Counted from the stretch's first letter, positions 26,268 to 37,782 are shown. The stretch is DNA of 64,000 nt from Ruminococcus sp. (GCA_017470535.1 JAFUYP010000014.1:7761-71760), one strand, 5' to 3'. Notes: generated from the sequence alone by a model not told the origin. Program-made: numbers and translations.

Positions 26268-27593
26268 TCAGAGTGTGAACATTATCTGGTTGAGAACGCT
26301 TTCAAGGTACTCCTGTCTGCCGCTTGAAAGGGAATCTGTTACCTCGCCCTTTTCAAGTGCATACTTTTCAAGCTCCTCGAAGCCTACCTTGCCGTCAACT
26401 ATATCCTTGCCGATGCCTGTTGTCCAGGAAGCATATCTGTCATCTACGAACTTATCTATCCTGCCGTCCTCGATGAGCTTATATGCAGCTCTCAGACCCA
26501 GTGCGAATGTATCCATACCGGCGATATAGCTGTAGAATATATCATCAAGAGTATAGGAACCTCTTCTTGCCTTAGCGTCAAAGTTAAGACCGCCGTTTGT
26601 GAAACCGCCTGCCTTGATGACCTCATACATACAAAGTGTAGCATCATAAGCATTTGTCGGGAACTGGTCGGTATCCCAGCCGAGCAGCGGATCGCCCTGG
26701 TTAGCATCTATCGAGCCGAAGAATCCGTTATCTCTTGCAACTCTCAGCTCATGCTGGAAGGTATGCTGTGCAAGGGTAGCGTGGTTAGCCTCGATGTTCA
26801 TTTTGAAGTCCTTATCAAGACCGTACTTGCGCAGGAAGCCTATAACTGTTGCAGTATCAAAGTCATACTGATGCTTTGTAGGCTCCTTCGGCTTAGGCTC
26901 GATATAGAAATCGCCGTCATAGCCCTTGGAACGTGCATAGTCAACAGCCATTCTCATAAGTCTTGCCATATTGTCAAGCTCAAGACCCATATTTGTATTT
27001 AAGAGAGTTTCATAGCCCTCTCTGCCGCCCCAGAATACATAGCCCTTACCGCCGAGCTTTATCGTGGAGTCGATAGCCTTCTTGATCTGTGCTGCTGCAT
27101 AAGCGAACACATCAGCTGACGGAGATGTACCTGCGCCGTGCATATATCTCGGGTGGTCAAAGCACTTAGCCGTGCCCCACAGCAGCTTCTTTGAAGGGTC
27201 TGCCTTCATCTTGCCGTCTATGTAGTCGATGATCTCATCGAACTTGTCGTTTGTTTCTTTAAGTGAGCCGTACTCGGGCGAGATATCTCTGTCGTGATAG
27301 CAGAAATAGTCGATAGAGAGCTTGTCCATGATCTCAAAAGCTGCGTCTACCTTTGCCTTTGCTCTCTCCTCGGGAGAAGCCTGACCCCATGTCTTATCGG
27401 TCGTGCCGACACCGAACATATCAGTACCGTCGCCGCCCATTGTATGCCACCATGAAAGTGCAAATTTAAGCTGCTCTCTCATCGTCTTGCCGCCTATCAC
27501 CTCATCGGGGTTATAGTATTTGAAAGCCAGCGGATTTGTTGACTGCGGACCTTCATACTCGATCTTCGGGATATTTGCAAAAAACTCTGCCAT
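26268..27593 (-). CDS. xylA: Xylose isomerase (class II)
   Basis: [30 protein letters not shown]. Start ATG 27593 with a GGAGG RBS. Confidence 0.97.
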   Translation of the reverse strand: MAEFFANIPKIEYEGPQSTNPLAFKYYNPDEVIGGKTMREQLKFALSWWHTMGGDGTDMFGVGTTDKTWGQASPEERAKAKVDAAFEIMDKLSIDYFCYHDRDISPEYGSLKETNDKFDEIIDYIDGKMKADPSKKLLWGTAKCFDHPRYMHGAGTSPSADVFAYAAAQIKKAIDSTIKLGGKGYVFWGGREGYETLLNTNMGLELDNMARLMRMAVDYARSKGYDGDFYIEPKPKEPTKHQYDFDTATVIGFLRKYGLDKDFKMNIEANHATLAQHTFQHELRVARDNGFFGSIDANQGDPLLGWDTDQFPTNAYDATLCMYEVIKAGGFTNGGLNFDAKARRGSYTLDDIFYSYIAGMDTFALGLRAAYKLIEDGRIDKFVDDRYASWTTGIGKDIVDGKVGFEELEKYALEKGEVTDSLSSGRQEYLESVLNQIMFTL

Positions 27594-27629
27594 AATTGTA
27601 ACCTCCAGCAATTTGATTCTTAAACGCAA

Positions 27630-27678
27630 AAAGAACGTTTACATTATTATAATACACCAAAAACAGCGTACTTGTCAA
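27630..27678 (-). promoter_or_regulatory. xylA promoter with a downstream cre/LacI-like site
   Basis: TTGACA-18 nt-TATTAT; TGTAAACGTTCT just downstream. Confidence 0.5.
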
Positions 27679-27726
27679 CCGTTTTTTGGGATAAATTATA
27701 TAAAATTTTTATCATCATATAAAAAT

Positions 27727-27752
27727 AAAAAAGCCTCCCACAAAGGGGAGGC
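27727..27752 (-). terminator. Terminator of the Gld-like ABC operon
   Basis: GCCTCCC/GGGAGGC stem with a U-tract on the minus strand. Confidence 0.75.
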
Positions 27753-27780
27753 AAAAGTGTCTGAGTATGAGAACTGCCTA

Positions 27781-28059
27781 TCAGCTGACTTTCAGCCATG
27801 CGCACGCATAGTCAAGTGCCGAGAAAAGGCTGCCGACCTCCTTGGTCTTTACTATCGCTTCTGTCGGGGGGAGCGAGGCGTCTGTTGCCATTTTTCTTAT
27901 CCTTACCTTTGTAGCAACGTCGATGCCGCCCTCCTGCTTGGTTTCAAGTATCTCCATCCAGATAACATACTGGTCGTACATATTTCCGAAATACAGCTGC
28001 TTGCCCATTCTCACGAGCGGCAAGCCCTTATAAGTGAAAAACTTTGCTTTCTCTGCCAT
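27781..28059 (-). CDS. Hypothetical 92-aa protein
   Basis: GAAAGGAAG RBS; last gene of the operon; FTYKGLPLVR...YFG. Confidence 0.8.
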   Translation of the reverse strand: MAEKAKFFTYKGLPLVRMGKQLYFGNMYDQYVIWMEILETKQEGGIDVATKVRIRKMATDASLPPTEAIVKTKEVGSLFSALDYACAWLKVS

Positions 28060-28074
28060 AACTAACTTCCTTTC

Positions 28075-29562
28075 TTAATAGCTCTCGCCTATTTTCTCGC
28101 CCTTTTCAAGAGCTGTGATGTTCTTTTCAAACTGGTCTGCCCACTTGGATTCTATCCTGTACGACGGCACACCGTTGAGCTTTACGATATAGCGTCTGCC
28201 TGTGTCCTCGAAAAACTCGAGCGTATCACCGCCGCCGTCATGGCGAATGACCTCTATTTTCATAATGCTCTTGCTGTCAGCCGGTTCATCAAAGCACAGC
28301 TCCGATGTCGGGCAGGTAAGCAGGAACTCATAGAATGTCTTGAAGGACGGCACATCAAGCGACTTGCCGTTCATCTGAGCGTCCTTGACGTCCTCAGCCT
28401 CGGTATCATAGGTAACTATTATGTCATCTACGCTGTCGCCCTTTGTTATCTTTACCTCGCCTACGTCCTTGATATAGTTGAAGGTCATAAGGCTTGAAAG
28501 GATATTCTCGGGAGTCTTTGTCACCCACGGAAGCTCTTCCGCCTTGATGATGAATATACAGTCAAGACCCTCGACCCCCTCTAACATACAGTAGTAGGAA
28601 TCTATCGCTGTCAGCTCGTTGCCGTTTTCGTCAACTGCATTTATACTGTCACCTATCGTGAGCTTATAGTCATACCCGTCGCCTTTAAGTGTGACTGTCG
28701 CATACGGGTCATCAAGACCGTATTTTTTTATGTCGTCCTTGCCGGGCTTTATCACAGCGGCAGTGGACGCCGTAAGCCCCCACATACCGTGAGTATACTC
28801 GGTAGAGTTTGAGATATTAAGGTAACCGTAGACAGGCTCGGTCATTATCTGTGCGGAAACAGCTCCGCCCTCGTCCTTGTCGTCATTCTTGATAACTACC
28901 TTATAGTCCTGATCCTTCCTCTTAACGGTGAGCGTACCGTAGTCGGGGTAGCTGTCCTGTCCCGGCTGTGCGATAAGCACCTTTGTTACGAAGTCCTCCT
29001 TCGACTGGCACATATACTGCAAATAGGTGGTAAGCACCTCATAGACGGTATTGCTGCCCTCCTCATGCAGGTAGTAGTACCTGTCACTGCCCGGGAGCAT
29101 ATCGCCGACTATGAACGTCCTTGATTCGCCGTCCTCAAAGGTGACTGTAAATTTCGATGTAGGCTCATCAAAGCCGTACTTTGAAAGATCCTCTGCATTT
29201 TCCTCGACCGTGTCAAAGCTTTTTAAAGTCGCCGCACAGTCTGCAAGGGAATTTTCATCGGTAAGCGATGCTGCCACACCGTCAAGAGCATCTATCAGCC
29301 ATGTTGTTTTGCCGGTGGTGTTTCGCACCATCTCAAAGGTATCAAACTTATTCTCCACCTTTACGCTTGTGACCTGCTCCACAGAGCGGTCAACTATCTG
29401 GGTCTTTTTGGATTCCTTTTTGTTTATTACCTCAGTGCTGCTTGATTCCGCAGCTGAGCTGCTGCTATCATTGCCGCCCGTCTTTTCCAAAAACAGCAGC
29501 ATACCGCCCAAAGATGCCGCAAGCACGCCTACAACGATTATGCCTGTAACTTTACTGTTCAT
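28075..29562 (-). CDS. DUF4340 domain protein
   Basis: N-terminal TM; repeated YGF/LDxP motifs; follows the GldG-like gene. Start moved to ATG 29562. Confidence 0.8.
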   Translation of the reverse strand: MNSKVTGIIVVGVLAASLGGMLLFLEKTGGNDSSSSAAESSSTEVINKKESKKTQIVDRSVEQVTSVKVENKFDTFEMVRNTTGKTTWLIDALDGVAASLTDENSLADCAATLKSFDTVEENAEDLSKYGFDEPTSKFTVTFEDGESRTFIVGDMLPGSDRYYYLHEEGSNTVYEVLTTYLQYMCQSKEDFVTKVLIAQPGQDSYPDYGTLTVKRKDQDYKVVIKNDDKDEGGAVSAQIMTEPVYGYLNISNSTEYTHGMWGLTASTAAVIKPGKDDIKKYGLDDPYATVTLKGDGYDYKLTIGDSINAVDENGNELTAIDSYYCMLEGVEGLDCIFIIKAEELPWVTKTPENILSSLMTFNYIKDVGEVKITKGDSVDDIIVTYDTEAEDVKDAQMNGKSLDVPSFKTFYEFLLTCPTSELCFDEPADSKSIMKIEVIRHDGGGDTLEFFEDTGRRYIVKLNGVPSYRIESKWADQFEKNITALEKGEKIGESY

Positions 29563-29573
29563 ACTATTCTCCG

Positions 29574-31238
29574 TTATTTGTTCTTTCTTCTTATCCAGAT
29601 AACAAGCCCTGTGATCAGCACGATACCCGGGATTATAAGGATAAATGTCCATTTAAGGCGTGATTTCTGGCTGTCATTGATGTCAAAAAGATTGCCGCTT
29701 ATTACCTTTGGCGTTATAGTGATGCCCTTGGTCTTGCCGGTCATGCCGTTTAAGACTGAGAGGATATACTCTCTGTTCTGGTACTGGTCGTACGCAAGCA
29801 CACGGTCATCAATGATATTTGCACTGCCTATCGCAAGCACATTGCTGTAATAGGTATCGTCGTTCTCAACGCCGAAGGCTGCCTTGGATGCAAGCACGAT
29901 ATAGCTCTGCTTGCCCTTTTCAAGCACCTCCTGCGACTGGATATCCATAGTATACGCATCATCTGTCGAGTTGACGTAATTGAAGGTCTTTATCATGCCG
30001 TCCTCTTCATAGAGCGCCTTTACCGGGCGTGAGCCGAGCATAAGAAGCGCCGGGTCTGATGATGTCATATCCTGTGTGAAGTCCTCGGATATATCAGTAG
30101 CTATCGTGTAGTAATTCTGTGTGACATGGTTTGCAGAGTATGTTTCGCAGACAACTCCCCTGCCTATCTCCAGACCGTATTCCTTCAGGAACTCGTCTAT
30201 ATTGGGCGTATCGCTTTGTCCGGTATCTGCAACGTAGATTAGCTGTTTGCCCATTTTGCCGTCATTTAAGAGGAACTTATCCACCTTGTCAAGCTCCTCG
30301 GGCAGGTAGTCTACCTTCGGCGCCGAGATAACGAGGACATCGGTATCATCGCTTATCTCGTCGGTGGTGATGTTAATTGAATTCACCGTATAGCCGTTAG
30401 CATCAAGAAGTGTCTTGAAGTAGCTGAGCTGGTTTAGCTCCTCTCTGCCCTCTAAGAATGTGATAGTCACAGGCTCGGGGTCGGTAACAGCCATTATAGC
30501 CGATGTGAACGCCTGCTCTGCCGATGAGCTTTCGATATAGTTGCCGTAGTATGAGAGGAAGGTCAGGTCATTGCCTATCTGTGCGGCATACTGCTCTACC
30601 GAAACGCCGTACTGCGAGAACATCTCGGTAAGCTCGTCATTAAATTCCACAAGGTCTACCAGACCTATGACCTTGGTACGCTTTATCTCCTTGCCGTCGT
30701 TGCCGACAGGATTAGTTTCCACAATAATATCATACTGGTCAACATCATCGGTATAGTCCTTATAAAAATCAGGGTTGGCGTTTATATCCATATACTGATA
30801 TGTTATCCTGTTATTGTACTTTGAATAGGTCTTCATGACCTCATTAGCCTGCTGGGTATAGGAGGAAAGTGCTGTGAAGTCATTCTCATTTGCACAGACT
30901 GTTATCTTGACGTCCATATCAATGCCCTTGATATAGTCTTCACTTTCATCGGATATAGAGTATATGCTCTCCTCAGTCAGGTCGATAGTTATAGGGTAGC
31001 GCTCAAAGAGCTTTGTAGCGACTACGTTCACAAGCACCAGGAACACAAAGAACACTATCGTCAGTATAGTAGCCTGTGCCCCGTGCTTGAATTTTTTCAT
31101 GCCGCCCTCGTGGGACTTCTTCTGCTTTTTGGGCTTATCCTGTTTTTGTTTTGCTTCTTTCTCTTTTTCCTCTGCCACAACGTCAGCTAAAAGCTCGCTG
31201 TTCTCGGCGGATACTTTGTTTTCATCTATCTTACTCAC
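29574..31238 (-). CDS. GldG-family ABC auxiliary protein
   Basis: IDLTEESIYSIS, EQAFTSAI, N- and C-terminal TMs ending in WIRRK. Confidence 0.85.
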   Translation of the reverse strand: MSKIDENKVSAENSELLADVVAEEKEKEAKQKQDKPKKQKKSHEGGMKKFKHGAQATILTIVFFVFLVLVNVVATKLFERYPITIDLTEESIYSISDESEDYIKGIDMDVKITVCANENDFTALSSYTQQANEVMKTYSKYNNRITYQYMDINANPDFYKDYTDDVDQYDIIVETNPVGNDGKEIKRTKVIGLVDLVEFNDELTEMFSQYGVSVEQYAAQIGNDLTFLSYYGNYIESSSAEQAFTSAIMAVTDPEPVTITFLEGREELNQLSYFKTLLDANGYTVNSINITTDEISDDTDVLVISAPKVDYLPEELDKVDKFLLNDGKMGKQLIYVADTGQSDTPNIDEFLKEYGLEIGRGVVCETYSANHVTQNYYTIATDISEDFTQDMTSSDPALLMLGSRPVKALYEEDGMIKTFNYVNSTDDAYTMDIQSQEVLEKGKQSYIVLASKAAFGVENDDTYYSNVLAIGSANIIDDRVLAYDQYQNREYILSVLNGMTGKTKGITITPKVISGNLFDINDSQKSRLKWTFILIIPGIVLITGLVIWIRRKNK

Positions 31239-31250
31239 TAAAATACCCCC

Positions 31251-31955
31251 TTAGCTCCAGCGGCGCTTTTCAAGCACCCTGACTGTCAGGAACAAAAATG
31301 CCACAGCCGCCGAAATAAAGTACAGCACGTTTGACATATCAAACAGCCCCAGCGTGAAATCATAATACCTGTTCCAGAAGCACAGTGATGTGAACACCTT
31401 GCCTACAAAGTCTATCGGTATGAGATTGCCCACAGTTGCTAAAAGATACAAAAGCACCATTGCAAAGAATGATATAACTGCTGCGACTATCTGATTTTCC
31501 GTAAGTGACGAGCAGAATATACCTACTGCGATATACGCAGCGCCCAGCAGCAAAAGCCCTACGATATTGCCCATAACGACATTCCAGTCAGGCTTGGCGT
31601 AGGCTGATACCACTACGGCATAAACGAACGTTATCGCAACGCCCATAGTATAGATAAGAAAGCTCGCCAGAAACTTTCCTGCAACGATACCGCCCAGCGA
31701 TACGGGGGAAGTCAGCAGGCACTGATCGGTCTTCTGCTTTTTCTCTTCGGATATGGTCTTCATGGTGAGGATAGGTATAAGCACTATCAGCACCAGTATG
31801 AGATCGCCGAACACCGCATCGAGCTTGGTAGAGCCGTACTGCAATGAGTTCTGCGAGAATATTACGCCCGTACAGCAGTAAAATCCGGCAAGGAAAATAT
31901 AGCCTATCGGGGATATGAAGTAAGACGAGACCTCCCGTCTGAATATTGCACCCAT
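31251..31955 (-). CDS. ABC-2 permease (GldF-like)
   Basis: REVSSYFISPIGY, EEKKQKTDQCLLTSP, LTENQIVA. Confidence 0.9.
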   Translation of the reverse strand: MGAIFRREVSSYFISPIGYIFLAGFYCCTGVIFSQNSLQYGSTKLDAVFGDLILVLIVLIPILTMKTISEEKKQKTDQCLLTSPVSLGGIVAGKFLASFLIYTMGVAITFVYAVVVSAYAKPDWNVVMGNIVGLLLLGAAYIAVGIFCSSLTENQIVAAVISFFAMVLLYLLATVGNLIPIDFVGKVFTSLCFWNRYYDFTLGLFDMSNVLYFISAAVAFLFLTVRVLEKRRWS

Positions 31956-31982
31956 TTTTTATCTGTCCTTTCGATGTTGCTC

Positions 31983-32966
31983 TTATTCTTCTGTATCAGT
32001 GTCGCCGTCATCACTCTTATCAAGTGCGGGGACTGCTTCGCCCATTGTAAGTTTTAAGAATATATCTTCAAGCGACAGCTCGCTTGCACGCAGGTCAAGT
32101 ATCGGCATATTGCGATCAGCCATTCTCCTGAAAAGCTCACGCCTTATATCGACGCCCTCCTTAGCCTCTATCTTTATCTCCCACACGCCCTTTTCACGCT
32201 CGGCGCCGACCTCTGTCTTGATAACGCCCTTTATGGACTTTATTATACCCTCGACAGTATCCGGGTCGCCCTCTATACGGGCTGTGAGAAGATGCTCATT
32301 TACGAGCTTTCTTGAAAGATTATCCTCTGTATCATCAGCAACTACCTTGCCTTCGTTGATAACGACTATCTTATCACACACCGCCTGCACTTCTGACAGT
32401 ATATGCGAGGACAGTATCACCGTCCTGTTCTTGCCCAGCTTTTTGATAAGCGTCCTTATCTCGATTATCTGCTTCGGGTCAAGACCTACCGTCGGCTCGT
32501 CAAGGATAAGCACCTTCGGGTTGCCTACCAGCGCCTGAGCAAGACCCACACGCTGCTTATAGCCCTTTGAAAGGTTCTTGATGACACGCTTATAGACGTG
32601 GTCTATCTTTACAAGCGAGCATATATCCTTTAAATGGGAATTTCTCGGCAGCTTGCATTTTTTAAGGTCATAGACAAAGTTAAGATACTCCTTGACCGTC
32701 ATATCCATATACAAGGGCGGCAGCTCGGGAAGATACCCCAGCTCTCTCTTTGCCTTGATAGGGCTTTCTAAAATATCTATGCCGTTTATCAGCGCTTTGC
32801 CCGATGTCGCCGAGATATAGCCTGTGAGTATGTTCATAGTCGTGGACTTGCCTGCACCGTTAGGTCCCAAAAAGCCCAGTATCTCGCCGTCATCAGCCCT
32901 GAAGGAAATATTGTCAACGGCTTTTTTATCGCCGTAATGCTTTGACAGGTTCTGCACCTCTATCAT
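31983..32966 (-). CDS. ABC transporter ATP-binding protein (GldA-like)
   Basis: GPNGAGKS, LSKGYKQR, LDEPTVGLDP. Confidence 0.93.
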   Translation of the reverse strand: MIEVQNLSKHYGDKKAVDNISFRADDGEILGFLGPNGAGKSTTMNILTGYISATSGKALINGIDILESPIKAKRELGYLPELPPLYMDMTVKEYLNFVYDLKKCKLPRNSHLKDICSLVKIDHVYKRVIKNLSKGYKQRVGLAQALVGNPKVLILDEPTVGLDPKQIIEIRTLIKKLGKNRTVILSSHILSEVQAVCDKIVVINEGKVVADDTEDNLSRKLVNEHLLTARIEGDPDTVEGIIKSIKGVIKTEVGAEREKGVWEIKIEAKEGVDIRRELFRRMADRNMPILDLRASELSLEDIFLKLTMGEAVPALDKSDDGDTDTEE

Positions 32967-33070
32967 TGATGTCCCTCCGTTTTATTCAGGTAGCATTTTC
33001 ACAGCACCATACAGATGCCTTAATAATTTTAATCTTTAATTGTGTTTATAGTGTGACAGCTTAATAAAAA

Positions 33071-34528
33071 CTATCTGCTAAGAAGCTCTATACCCTTTTT
33101 TACACGTTCTATCGTATCTGTCTTGCCTATTAGAGCGGCTATTTCTATACCGCCGCCGGGGGTCATGGGCTTGCCTGATACTGCCACTCTGAAAGGTGAA
33201 AGTATGATAGCATTTTTAACTTCAAGAGATGCGATAAGCTCAAACAGCTTATCGTGGATATTCTGCTCGTTCCAGTCATTTTCATCTATGCCCTCTAAAA
33301 CAGGGAGTATCCTGCCAAGCGAATCAAGCGCTATCTCCTCGTTCGTCTTGCTCTTTTTCTGAACATAAAGCTCAGTGCCGTACTCAGGCAGAGCGTCAAA
33401 GAAATCCACCTTTTCGGGAATATCGGTAAACACTTCAGTCCTGTCCTTGAGCAGCTCGCAGATGCGTGTTATATCAAGGTCCTCCCTCTTTGCGCTCTGT
33501 CTTATATAAGGTGTAGCATACTCCTCGAATTTTTCAGGTGTGAGCGCCTTGATATATTTTGCGTTTATAGCTTTGAGCTTGAGCGGATCAAATATCGCAG
33601 GCGACTTTGAAAGTCCGTGAATGTCGAATTCCTTTATAAGCTCAGAGAGCGAATATATCTCCTGCTCGCCCTTCGGCGCCCAGCCGAGGAGCGCTATATA
33701 GTTGACTACCGCCTCAGTCAGATAGCCCTTATCTATAAGATCCTGGAAGGAAGCATCGCCGTCACGCTTTGACAGCTTATGCTGCTTGTCCTTCATAATA
33801 TGCTCTACATGGATATAGGTGGGGACCTCCCAGCCGAACGCCTTATACAGAAGATCATACTTAGGTGCTGAGGAAAGGTACTCATTTCCCCTTACAACGT
33901 GAGTGATGCCCATAAGGTGGTCGTCTACGACGTTTGCAAAGTTATATGTCGGGAAGCCGTCTGTCTTTATAAGTATCTGGTCTTCAAGCTCCGAGCATTC
34001 CACTGTAATATCTCCGTACAGCTCATCATGGAATGTCACCTCGCCGTCAAGCGGCATCTTCTGTCTGATGACATACGGCTCGCCTGCATCGAGCCTGGCT
34101 CTGACCTCCTCGCAGGAAAGGCAGCGGCAGTGTCTGTCGTAGCTGTACGTCTTGCCCTGCGCTTCAAGGTCTGCTTTGAGCGAGTCAAGTCTTTCCTTTG
34201 TGCAGAAGCAGTAATACGCCTGCCCCTTTTCTACAAGCTCCTCAGCGTACTTTTTGAAGTTGCCCATACGCTCAGACTGCACATAAGGACCAACAGGACC
34301 GCCTATATCCGGACCCTCGTCCCAGTCAAGTCCGCACTGTTTAAGGGTGGAGTATATAACATCAGTCGCACCCTCGACAAATCTTTCCCTGTCGGTATCC
34401 TCTATCCTGAGAATGAAATCGCCGTCATTCTGCTTTGCTATAAGATAGGTAAAAAGCGCTGTACGCAGATTGCCTATGTGCATATAGCCTGTCGGTGACG
34501 GTGCAAATCTTGTTCTGACTCTTTTCAT
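33071..34528 (-). CDS. gltX: Glutamate--tRNA ligase
   Basis: [17 protein letters not shown]. Confidence 0.97.
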   Translation of the reverse strand: MKRVRTRFAPSPTGYMHIGNLRTALFTYLIAKQNDGDFILRIEDTDRERFVEGATDVIYSTLKQCGLDWDEGPDIGGPVGPYVQSERMGNFKKYAEELVEKGQAYYCFCTKERLDSLKADLEAQGKTYSYDRHCRCLSCEEVRARLDAGEPYVIRQKMPLDGEVTFHDELYGDITVECSELEDQILIKTDGFPTYNFANVVDDHLMGITHVVRGNEYLSSAPKYDLLYKAFGWEVPTYIHVEHIMKDKQHKLSKRDGDASFQDLIDKGYLTEAVVNYIALLGWAPKGEQEIYSLSELIKEFDIHGLSKSPAIFDPLKLKAINAKYIKALTPEKFEEYATPYIRQSAKREDLDITRICELLKDRTEVFTDIPEKVDFFDALPEYGTELYVQKKSKTNEEIALDSLGRILPVLEGIDENDWNEQNIHDKLFELIASLEVKNAIILSPFRVAVSGKPMTPGGGIEIAALIGKTDTIERVKKGIELLSR

Positions 34529-34529
34529 T

Positions 34530-35447
34530 TTAGTTACCTCTCATATTTTCAAATATAGCTTTCGCCTGCAAAGTATTTTTCTTTATCTCGGCTTTTAGTG
34601 CGTCAAATGAATCAAATCTCCTTTCGGGTCTGATAAAGTCATAAAGCTCTATCTCCAACATCCTGCCGTACAGGTCGCCCGAAAAGTCTATGATATATGT
34701 TTCGGCAAGCGGTGACGTATCCTGTCCGACAGTCGGCTTGACACCTATGTTAGTCACCCCTGCATAGACCCTGCCGTCTATATGCACGCCCGAAACATAC
34801 ACGCCGAACCTCGGCAGCACAAGGCTTTCGGGCAGCTGCTGGTTTATTGTCGGGAAGTCTATCGTTGTACCTAAATGGTTGCCGTGTACGACTTCAAGGC
34901 AGTAGCCGTAGTTATAGCCGAGAAGTCGGTCAGCCTCCCTTACATCGCCCTCTCTTACGAGCGAGCGTATAAGTGACGAGCTTATCCTTTTGCCGTTATC
35001 ATCAAGGCGCTCGACGACCTTTACATCAAAGCCGTACCTCCTGCCGTACCGTATGAGCGCTTCGCTGTCGCCCTTTGCCCCGTGCCCGAAGCGGAACTTC
35101 TCGCCGCACACACAGACCTTAGCGTGCATCTTATCTCTGAGTATCAGCCTTGCAAAATCCTCAGCCTCCATATTTTTAAGGGTATGGAAGTCAGGAGAGA
35201 ATATACTCTCTGCTCCTGCACGCCGGAGAAGCGAGCGCTTGAAATCATCAGTGATGAGCATTTTATACCCCTCACCCTTTGTATCGACTGTACCGGTATC
35301 GAATGTAAACACCGCCCGGGTAAGCCCCTCACAGGAGAATGCTGTTTCAAGCACACGCCTGTGTCCACGGTGAACGCCGTCAAATATGCCGAGCGCTACC
35401 GCTGAATATTCTCCGGGGTCTGCCCCTGTCAAAGTTATATCCTTCAA
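34530..35447 (-). CDS. ribF: Bifunctional riboflavin kinase/FAD synthetase
   Basis: [29 protein letters not shown]. Confidence 0.95.
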   Translation of the reverse strand: MKDITLTGADPGEYSAVALGIFDGVHRGHRRVLETAFSCEGLTRAVFTFDTGTVDTKGEGYKMLITDDFKRSLLRRAGAESIFSPDFHTLKNMEAEDFARLILRDKMHAKVCVCGEKFRFGHGAKGDSEALIRYGRRYGFDVKVVERLDDNGKRISSSLIRSLVREGDVREADRLLGYNYGYCLEVVHGNHLGTTIDFPTINQQLPESLVLPRFGVYVSGVHIDGRVYAGVTNIGVKPTVGQDTSPLAETYIIDFSGDLYGRMLEIELYDFIRPERRFDSFDALKAEIKKNTLQAKAIFENMRGN

Positions 35448-35464
35448 GGGTATGCCCCCGTTTC

Positions 35465-36379
35465 TTAGTAAAAGTTGCGAAGTGAGCGCACTTCGTTTTT
35501 GTCATTATCAATATATGCGACCGATAAAAGCACATCTTTGCTCTTGATCAACAATCTTTGGCTTTCATCATTTGCCTTTATACCGAGCTGTACGGGTCTG
35601 AACTTTACCCCGTTTTTAAAATGCACAGTCTTTTTCTCATCGAGCTGCACGACAGGGTATCCGTCAAATACACGTTCAAGGCTTATGACAGCCTTTCCTA
35701 TCTCGCCTTTGTCGGCAAGTGCCTGAAGCTGATCTATCGTCAGGCACTCATCAAGTGAAAAGCCGCACGCCCTTGTCCTTACAAGGCTTGTCATGACGCC
35801 GTGAGTACCGAGCCTTTGTGCTGCGTCTGCAATGAGCGTTCTTATATATGTGCCCTTGCTGACCGTCAGCTCTGTTTCGCCCTCACGGGTCTGTTCATCG
35901 TAGCTTAAAAGCCTGATACTGTGAACATACCGCTCCTTTGGCTCACGCTTTATCTCTTTGCCCTCTCTGGCATATTCGTAGAGCTTTTTGCCGTCTACCT
36001 TTACCGCCGAGTACATAGGCGGTGTCTGCATATACACGCCCTTAAAGCCGGACAGCACACTTTCAAGCTGCATCGCCGTCACAGGCACGTCATCAGTTTC
36101 AAGCGTCACGCCCGTTATATCCTGCGTATCAGCAGACAGCCCGAGCTTAAAGCCTGCTCTGTATTCCTTACCGCTTTCAGGCAGGATATCACACGCCTTT
36201 GCCGCCTTGCCTACAAGCACCGGAAGCACGCCCTCCGCCATAGGGTCAAGTGTGCCTGTATGCCCTATGCGCTTTATATGCAGCATACAACGCAGCTTTC
36301 CGCAGACATCAAAAGATGTCCAGTTTTTCGGCTTGTTTACAAGTATCACGCCCATAAGGCTGCTGTTATCAGCCGTCAT
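35465..36379 (-). CDS. truB: tRNA pseudouridine(55) synthase
   Basis: GHTGTLDP, PPMYSAVK, SKGTYIR. Confidence 0.97.
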   Translation of the reverse strand: MTADNSSLMGVILVNKPKNWTSFDVCGKLRCMLHIKRIGHTGTLDPMAEGVLPVLVGKAAKACDILPESGKEYRAGFKLGLSADTQDITGVTLETDDVPVTAMQLESVLSGFKGVYMQTPPMYSAVKVDGKKLYEYAREGKEIKREPKERYVHSIRLLSYDEQTREGETELTVSKGTYIRTLIADAAQRLGTHGVMTSLVRTRACGFSLDECLTIDQLQALADKGEIGKAVISLERVFDGYPVVQLDEKKTVHFKNGVKFRPVQLGIKANDESQRLLIKSKDVLLSVAYIDNDKNEVRSLRNFY

Positions 36380-37340
36380 ACTCTTCCCCCAGATCGTCAG
36401 CCACGGCTTTAAGTACCATTTGTCTTACTTCTTCAAGGGTGGCATTTATCTCACAGCCGGCTGCTCTTATATGTCCGCCGCCGCCGAATCTGCGGCAGAA
36501 GGCAGACGCATCCACCTCCTCGGTAGTACGCACAGAGAGCTTATAAACATTCGGGTGACGCTCCTTGATAGTTATACCTATCAATACGCCCTCAATTTCA
36601 AGCGGTATGGATGCAAGCCCGTCAAACTCCGCAGGCTCTGCGCCCACGCTGTTCATAAGTGCCTGAGTCAGCACTATCATAGTACACTTATCATCAAAGT
36701 GATACTCCATATTTGCGATGACCTGCTGCTCAGCCTTTATCCTGCCTTTGGACTTTACGTCAAACATCTTTCTGTTGACAGTTTCAAAGTTTATATCATA
36801 CTGCATAAGGTCTGCCGCCGCCATATGAGCTTCAGGGATAGTGTTCTGATATTTAAAGCACCCCGTATCAGTCGCTATCGCCGTATAAAGGCACAGCGCT
36901 ATCTGGTCATTAAAATCATATCCTATGGTTTTGAAATACTCATAGAAGATAAGTGCTGCGGCAGATGCTCTTGCATCAAGAAATGTTTTCTTTGCAAAGA
37001 ATTTATTGGAAATGTGGTGGTCAATACACAGGTCGATCTTCCCCTCCTCCATGAATGAGGAAAGGTGCGAGCCTAACAGCTTTACGTCGGCTACGTCTAC
37101 CGCTATGACAAATTCAGGCTCAAAGCTCTGCACATAGTATCCGTCATAGAGGAAATTATACCTTACCGGGAAATTCTCACTGTTCAAGACATTTGCCTTC
37201 TTGCCAAGGTCACGCAGGTAATTGCAAAGCGCAAAGCCGCAGCCCAGCGTGTCACCGTCGGGGCTTTTGTGCGTAAGTATCAGCACATTATCGCAGCCCT
37301 CAAGTATACCTTTAAGCTCGAAGAATTCACTTTTGTCCAT
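36369..37340 (-). CDS. nrnA: DHH-family oligoribonuclease/PAP phosphatase
   Basis: HKSPDGD, IDHH, TDTG, GGGHIRAAG. Confidence 0.92.
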   Translation of the reverse strand: MDKSEFFELKGILEGCDNVLILTHKSPDGDTLGCGFALCNYLRDLGKKANVLNSENFPVRYNFLYDGYYVQSFEPEFVIAVDVADVKLLGSHLSSFMEEGKIDLCIDHHISNKFFAKKTFLDARASAAALIFYEYFKTIGYDFNDQIALCLYTAIATDTGCFKYQNTIPEAHMAAADLMQYDINFETVNRKMFDVKSKGRIKAEQQVIANMEYHFDDKCTMIVLTQALMNSVGAEPAEFDGLASIPLEIEGVLIGITIKERHPNVYKLSVRTTEEVDASAFCRRFGGGGHIRAAGCEINATLEEVRQMVLKAVADDLGEEYDG

Positions 37341-37360
37341 ATCTATTTCCTTTCATATCC

Positions 37361-37735
37361 TTACGCCTCATCACTGTCTTCCTTTTCGTCAGTAATGATG
37401 CTTTTGAGCTTTTCATTTATCTGTGCCGAATGCTCTATTGAATCATCGGCGATAAATCTAAGCTCGGGAGATCTGCGCAGCCCCAGAACGTTTGAGATCT
37501 CACGCTTTAAAAATCCGCTGGCACTTTCAAAGCCCTTTACAGCTTCCTTTGCCGCCTCGTACCCCTCGAATGAGGACACATATACCTTACAGTATGACCC
37601 GTCGCCTGCAACGTCGCATCTGACTATCGTGAGCATACCGTTCTTGTTTATCCTCGGGTCTTTAAGATCTCTTATCTTGCCCGAGATTATACGCTTTATA
37701 TCCTCACTCATTCTTCCTGCTTTGTGTGAAGCCAT
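37361..37735 (-). CDS. rbfA: Ribosome-binding factor A
   Basis: LKDPRI, PELRFIADDS; follows infB. Confidence 0.95.
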   Translation of the reverse strand: MASHKAGRMSEDIKRIISGKIRDLKDPRINKNGMLTIVRCDVAGDGSYCKVYVSSFEGYEAAKEAVKGFESASGFLKREISNVLGLRRSPELRFIADDSIEHSAQINEKLKSIITDEKEDSDEA

Positions 37736-37782
37736 ATTACTGTTATCCTCCTTTACAAGTGAGAGTTTTCAGGAAAGGCTCA

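Noticed and set aside
35988-37058. 356-aa plus-strand ORF, and the many other 60-250 aa ORFs antisense to real genes (e.g. 2794-3531, 5929-6642, 19306-20040, 40355-41089)
   Set aside because: They are shadow frames of well-supported genes, with no recognisable motifs and a composition typical of antisense translation.
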